Made by a program: the position numbers and the translations under genes. This document shows positions 63,085-64,000 of a DNA stretch of 64,000 nt, piece after piece (position 1 is the stretch's first letter; every line of letters begins with the position of its first letter). The notes beneath the pieces are model-generated. The model was not told the origin of the DNA. It saw only the letters and a program-made list of their open reading frames with translations, and made no database searches. Source of the DNA: an uncultured cyanobacterium (GTDB lineage Bacteria > Cyanobacteriota > Cyanobacteriia > Leptolyngbyales > Leptolyngbyaceae); contig CAVYAN010000017.1 of the NCBI GenBank assembly GCA_963766075.1, forward strand, positions 101,727-165,726, read 5' to 3'.

Positions 63085-63228
63085 GGCATAACACTCCATA
63101 TAGAGGTAGATATGCAGAATTATTTCTGCATAATGTTCTGTAGAGGGCAGTTATGCCGAATATTTCTACATAACACCCCGTGTAGAGGTAGATATGCAGA
63201 AATATTCTCTATAAATAATAGTTATGCC
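63085..63228 (+). repeat. About 41-bp-period palindrome array bracketed by GGCATAAC ... GTTATGCC
   Basis: TAGAGG at 63101, 63141, 63183; perfect TATGCAGAA-N4-TTCTGCATA at 63111-63132. Confidence 0.8.
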
Positions 63229-63314
63229 GCTTGAGTTCTCGGTGGTGGTGCAGTCGAAATCTCAGTCACTGATAAATTTGAGGTAGAGTGAGGACTGCCT
63301 ATATCGTATTGAAT

Positions 63315-63647
63315 ATGTTGATTCCGAATGCAGAAAATGCAGTCGTCGATATTCGTAAACTACGCGGCTACTGCTTGAATTCAGAGCACGACGACGGAAA
63401 GCATAAAGCTCGGCTTTTTTCATCAATTCTTGGCATGACGGCTGATGACGCTGAAGAGTTACGCCAAATTTTGCTAGAAGTTGTCATAATTCATGAAGCT
63501 CAGGTGGGGCGGCAAGATGAGTTTGGGCAGCGCTATACTCTCGACTTCACGATTGAATGGCACAATAGAAGTGCAACTCTTCGGAGTGGTTGGATTATCG
63601 AGCATGGCTCGGAGATTCCAAGATTAACAACCTGCTATCCTCTGTAG
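63315..63647 (+). CDS. DUF6883-like protein
   Basis: KLRGYCLNSEH..GKHKARLF..DEFGQRY..PRLTTCY. Confidence 0.75.
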   Translation: MLIPNAENAVVDIRKLRGYCLNSEHDDGKHKARLFSSILGMTADDAEELRQILLEVVIIHEAQVGRQDEFGQRYTLDFTIEWHNRSATLRSGWIIEHGSEIPRLTTCYPL

Positions 63648-63665
63648 TACTTGGAGGTGATACAA

Positions 63666-63914
63666 GTGACGAAGAACACAGCTAAATTGCTAGATGTCGT
63701 GGCTTTGACAGTTGATTTGCCCGAATACAACCTTTGGTGTGGACAAGTCGGAACTATAGTTGAGCTACTAGCTGATGGTGAAGCGTTTGAGGTTGAATTT
63801 AGCGATCGGGATGGACGAACGTTTGAGTCCATCGGATTGCGCCCAGAGCAAATCATGGTGTTACATTTTGAGCCAGCATCACCTGACTTGAAGCCTGAAA
63901 TGGTTACAGCATAG
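63666..63914 (+). CDS. DUF4926-like protein
   Basis: LLDVVALTVDLP..GQVGTIVE..FEVEFSD..GRT; GGAGG RBS. Confidence 0.8.
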   Translation: MTKNTAKLLDVVALTVDLPEYNLWCGQVGTIVELLADGEAFEVEFSDRDGRTFESIGLRPEQIMVLHFEPASPDLKPEMVTA

Positions 63915-63918
63915 CGCA

Positions 63919-64000
63919 GCACAACAACGCTGTTGCAACGGACGGTGTTCAAACTCTGGAAATGACTCGAAAACTTGTGCCGCCGCTGAACAGCAACGTT
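63919..64000 (+). mobile_element. attC-like site, cut by the window edge
   Basis: GCACAAC ... GCTGTTGCAACGG / CCGCTGAACAGC with extra G ... GTT. Confidence 0.75.

Larger units (their letters stand above)
1..64000. repeat. HIP1 octamer GCGATCGC dispersed through the window
   Basis: Very frequent GCGATCGC across core genes; none seen in the AT-rich 590-3340 block. Hallmark of many cyanobacterial genomes. Confidence 0.95.

Overview
Cyanobacterial chromosome segment, judged from dense HIP1 GCGATCGC octamers and cyanobacterial gene content. The core (about 7.4-62 kb) holds a low-oxygen tetrapyrrole operon (acsF2-ho2-hemN-desaturase) with a divergent ChlR-like regulator, feoAB, rnc, queC, tRNA-Gly(GCC), folB, rnpB, ribD, a probable oriC before dnaN, msrA and other housekeeping genes. 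Both ends are accessory, integron-like regions. The left end (about 0.2-7.4 kb) has a 41-bp-period palindrome array, an AbiA-like RT-HEPN gene that probably starts at ATT 591, attC-like sites, a UDG-superfamily cassette, duplicated small-protein/aspartic-protease modules, two PIN toxin-antitoxin pairs, MITE-like repeats and a 92-nt group II intron remnant. The right end (about 62.8-64 kb) has the C-terminal remnant of an integron integrase, a second 41-bp-period array, a two-gene cassette and an attC. An MFS gene is broken by a 36-bp duplication around a 35-bp insert, which has the geometry of an off-target CRISPR spacer integration. Three other genes carry simple frameshifts. All family assignments come from motif recognition by eye; no database searches were run.
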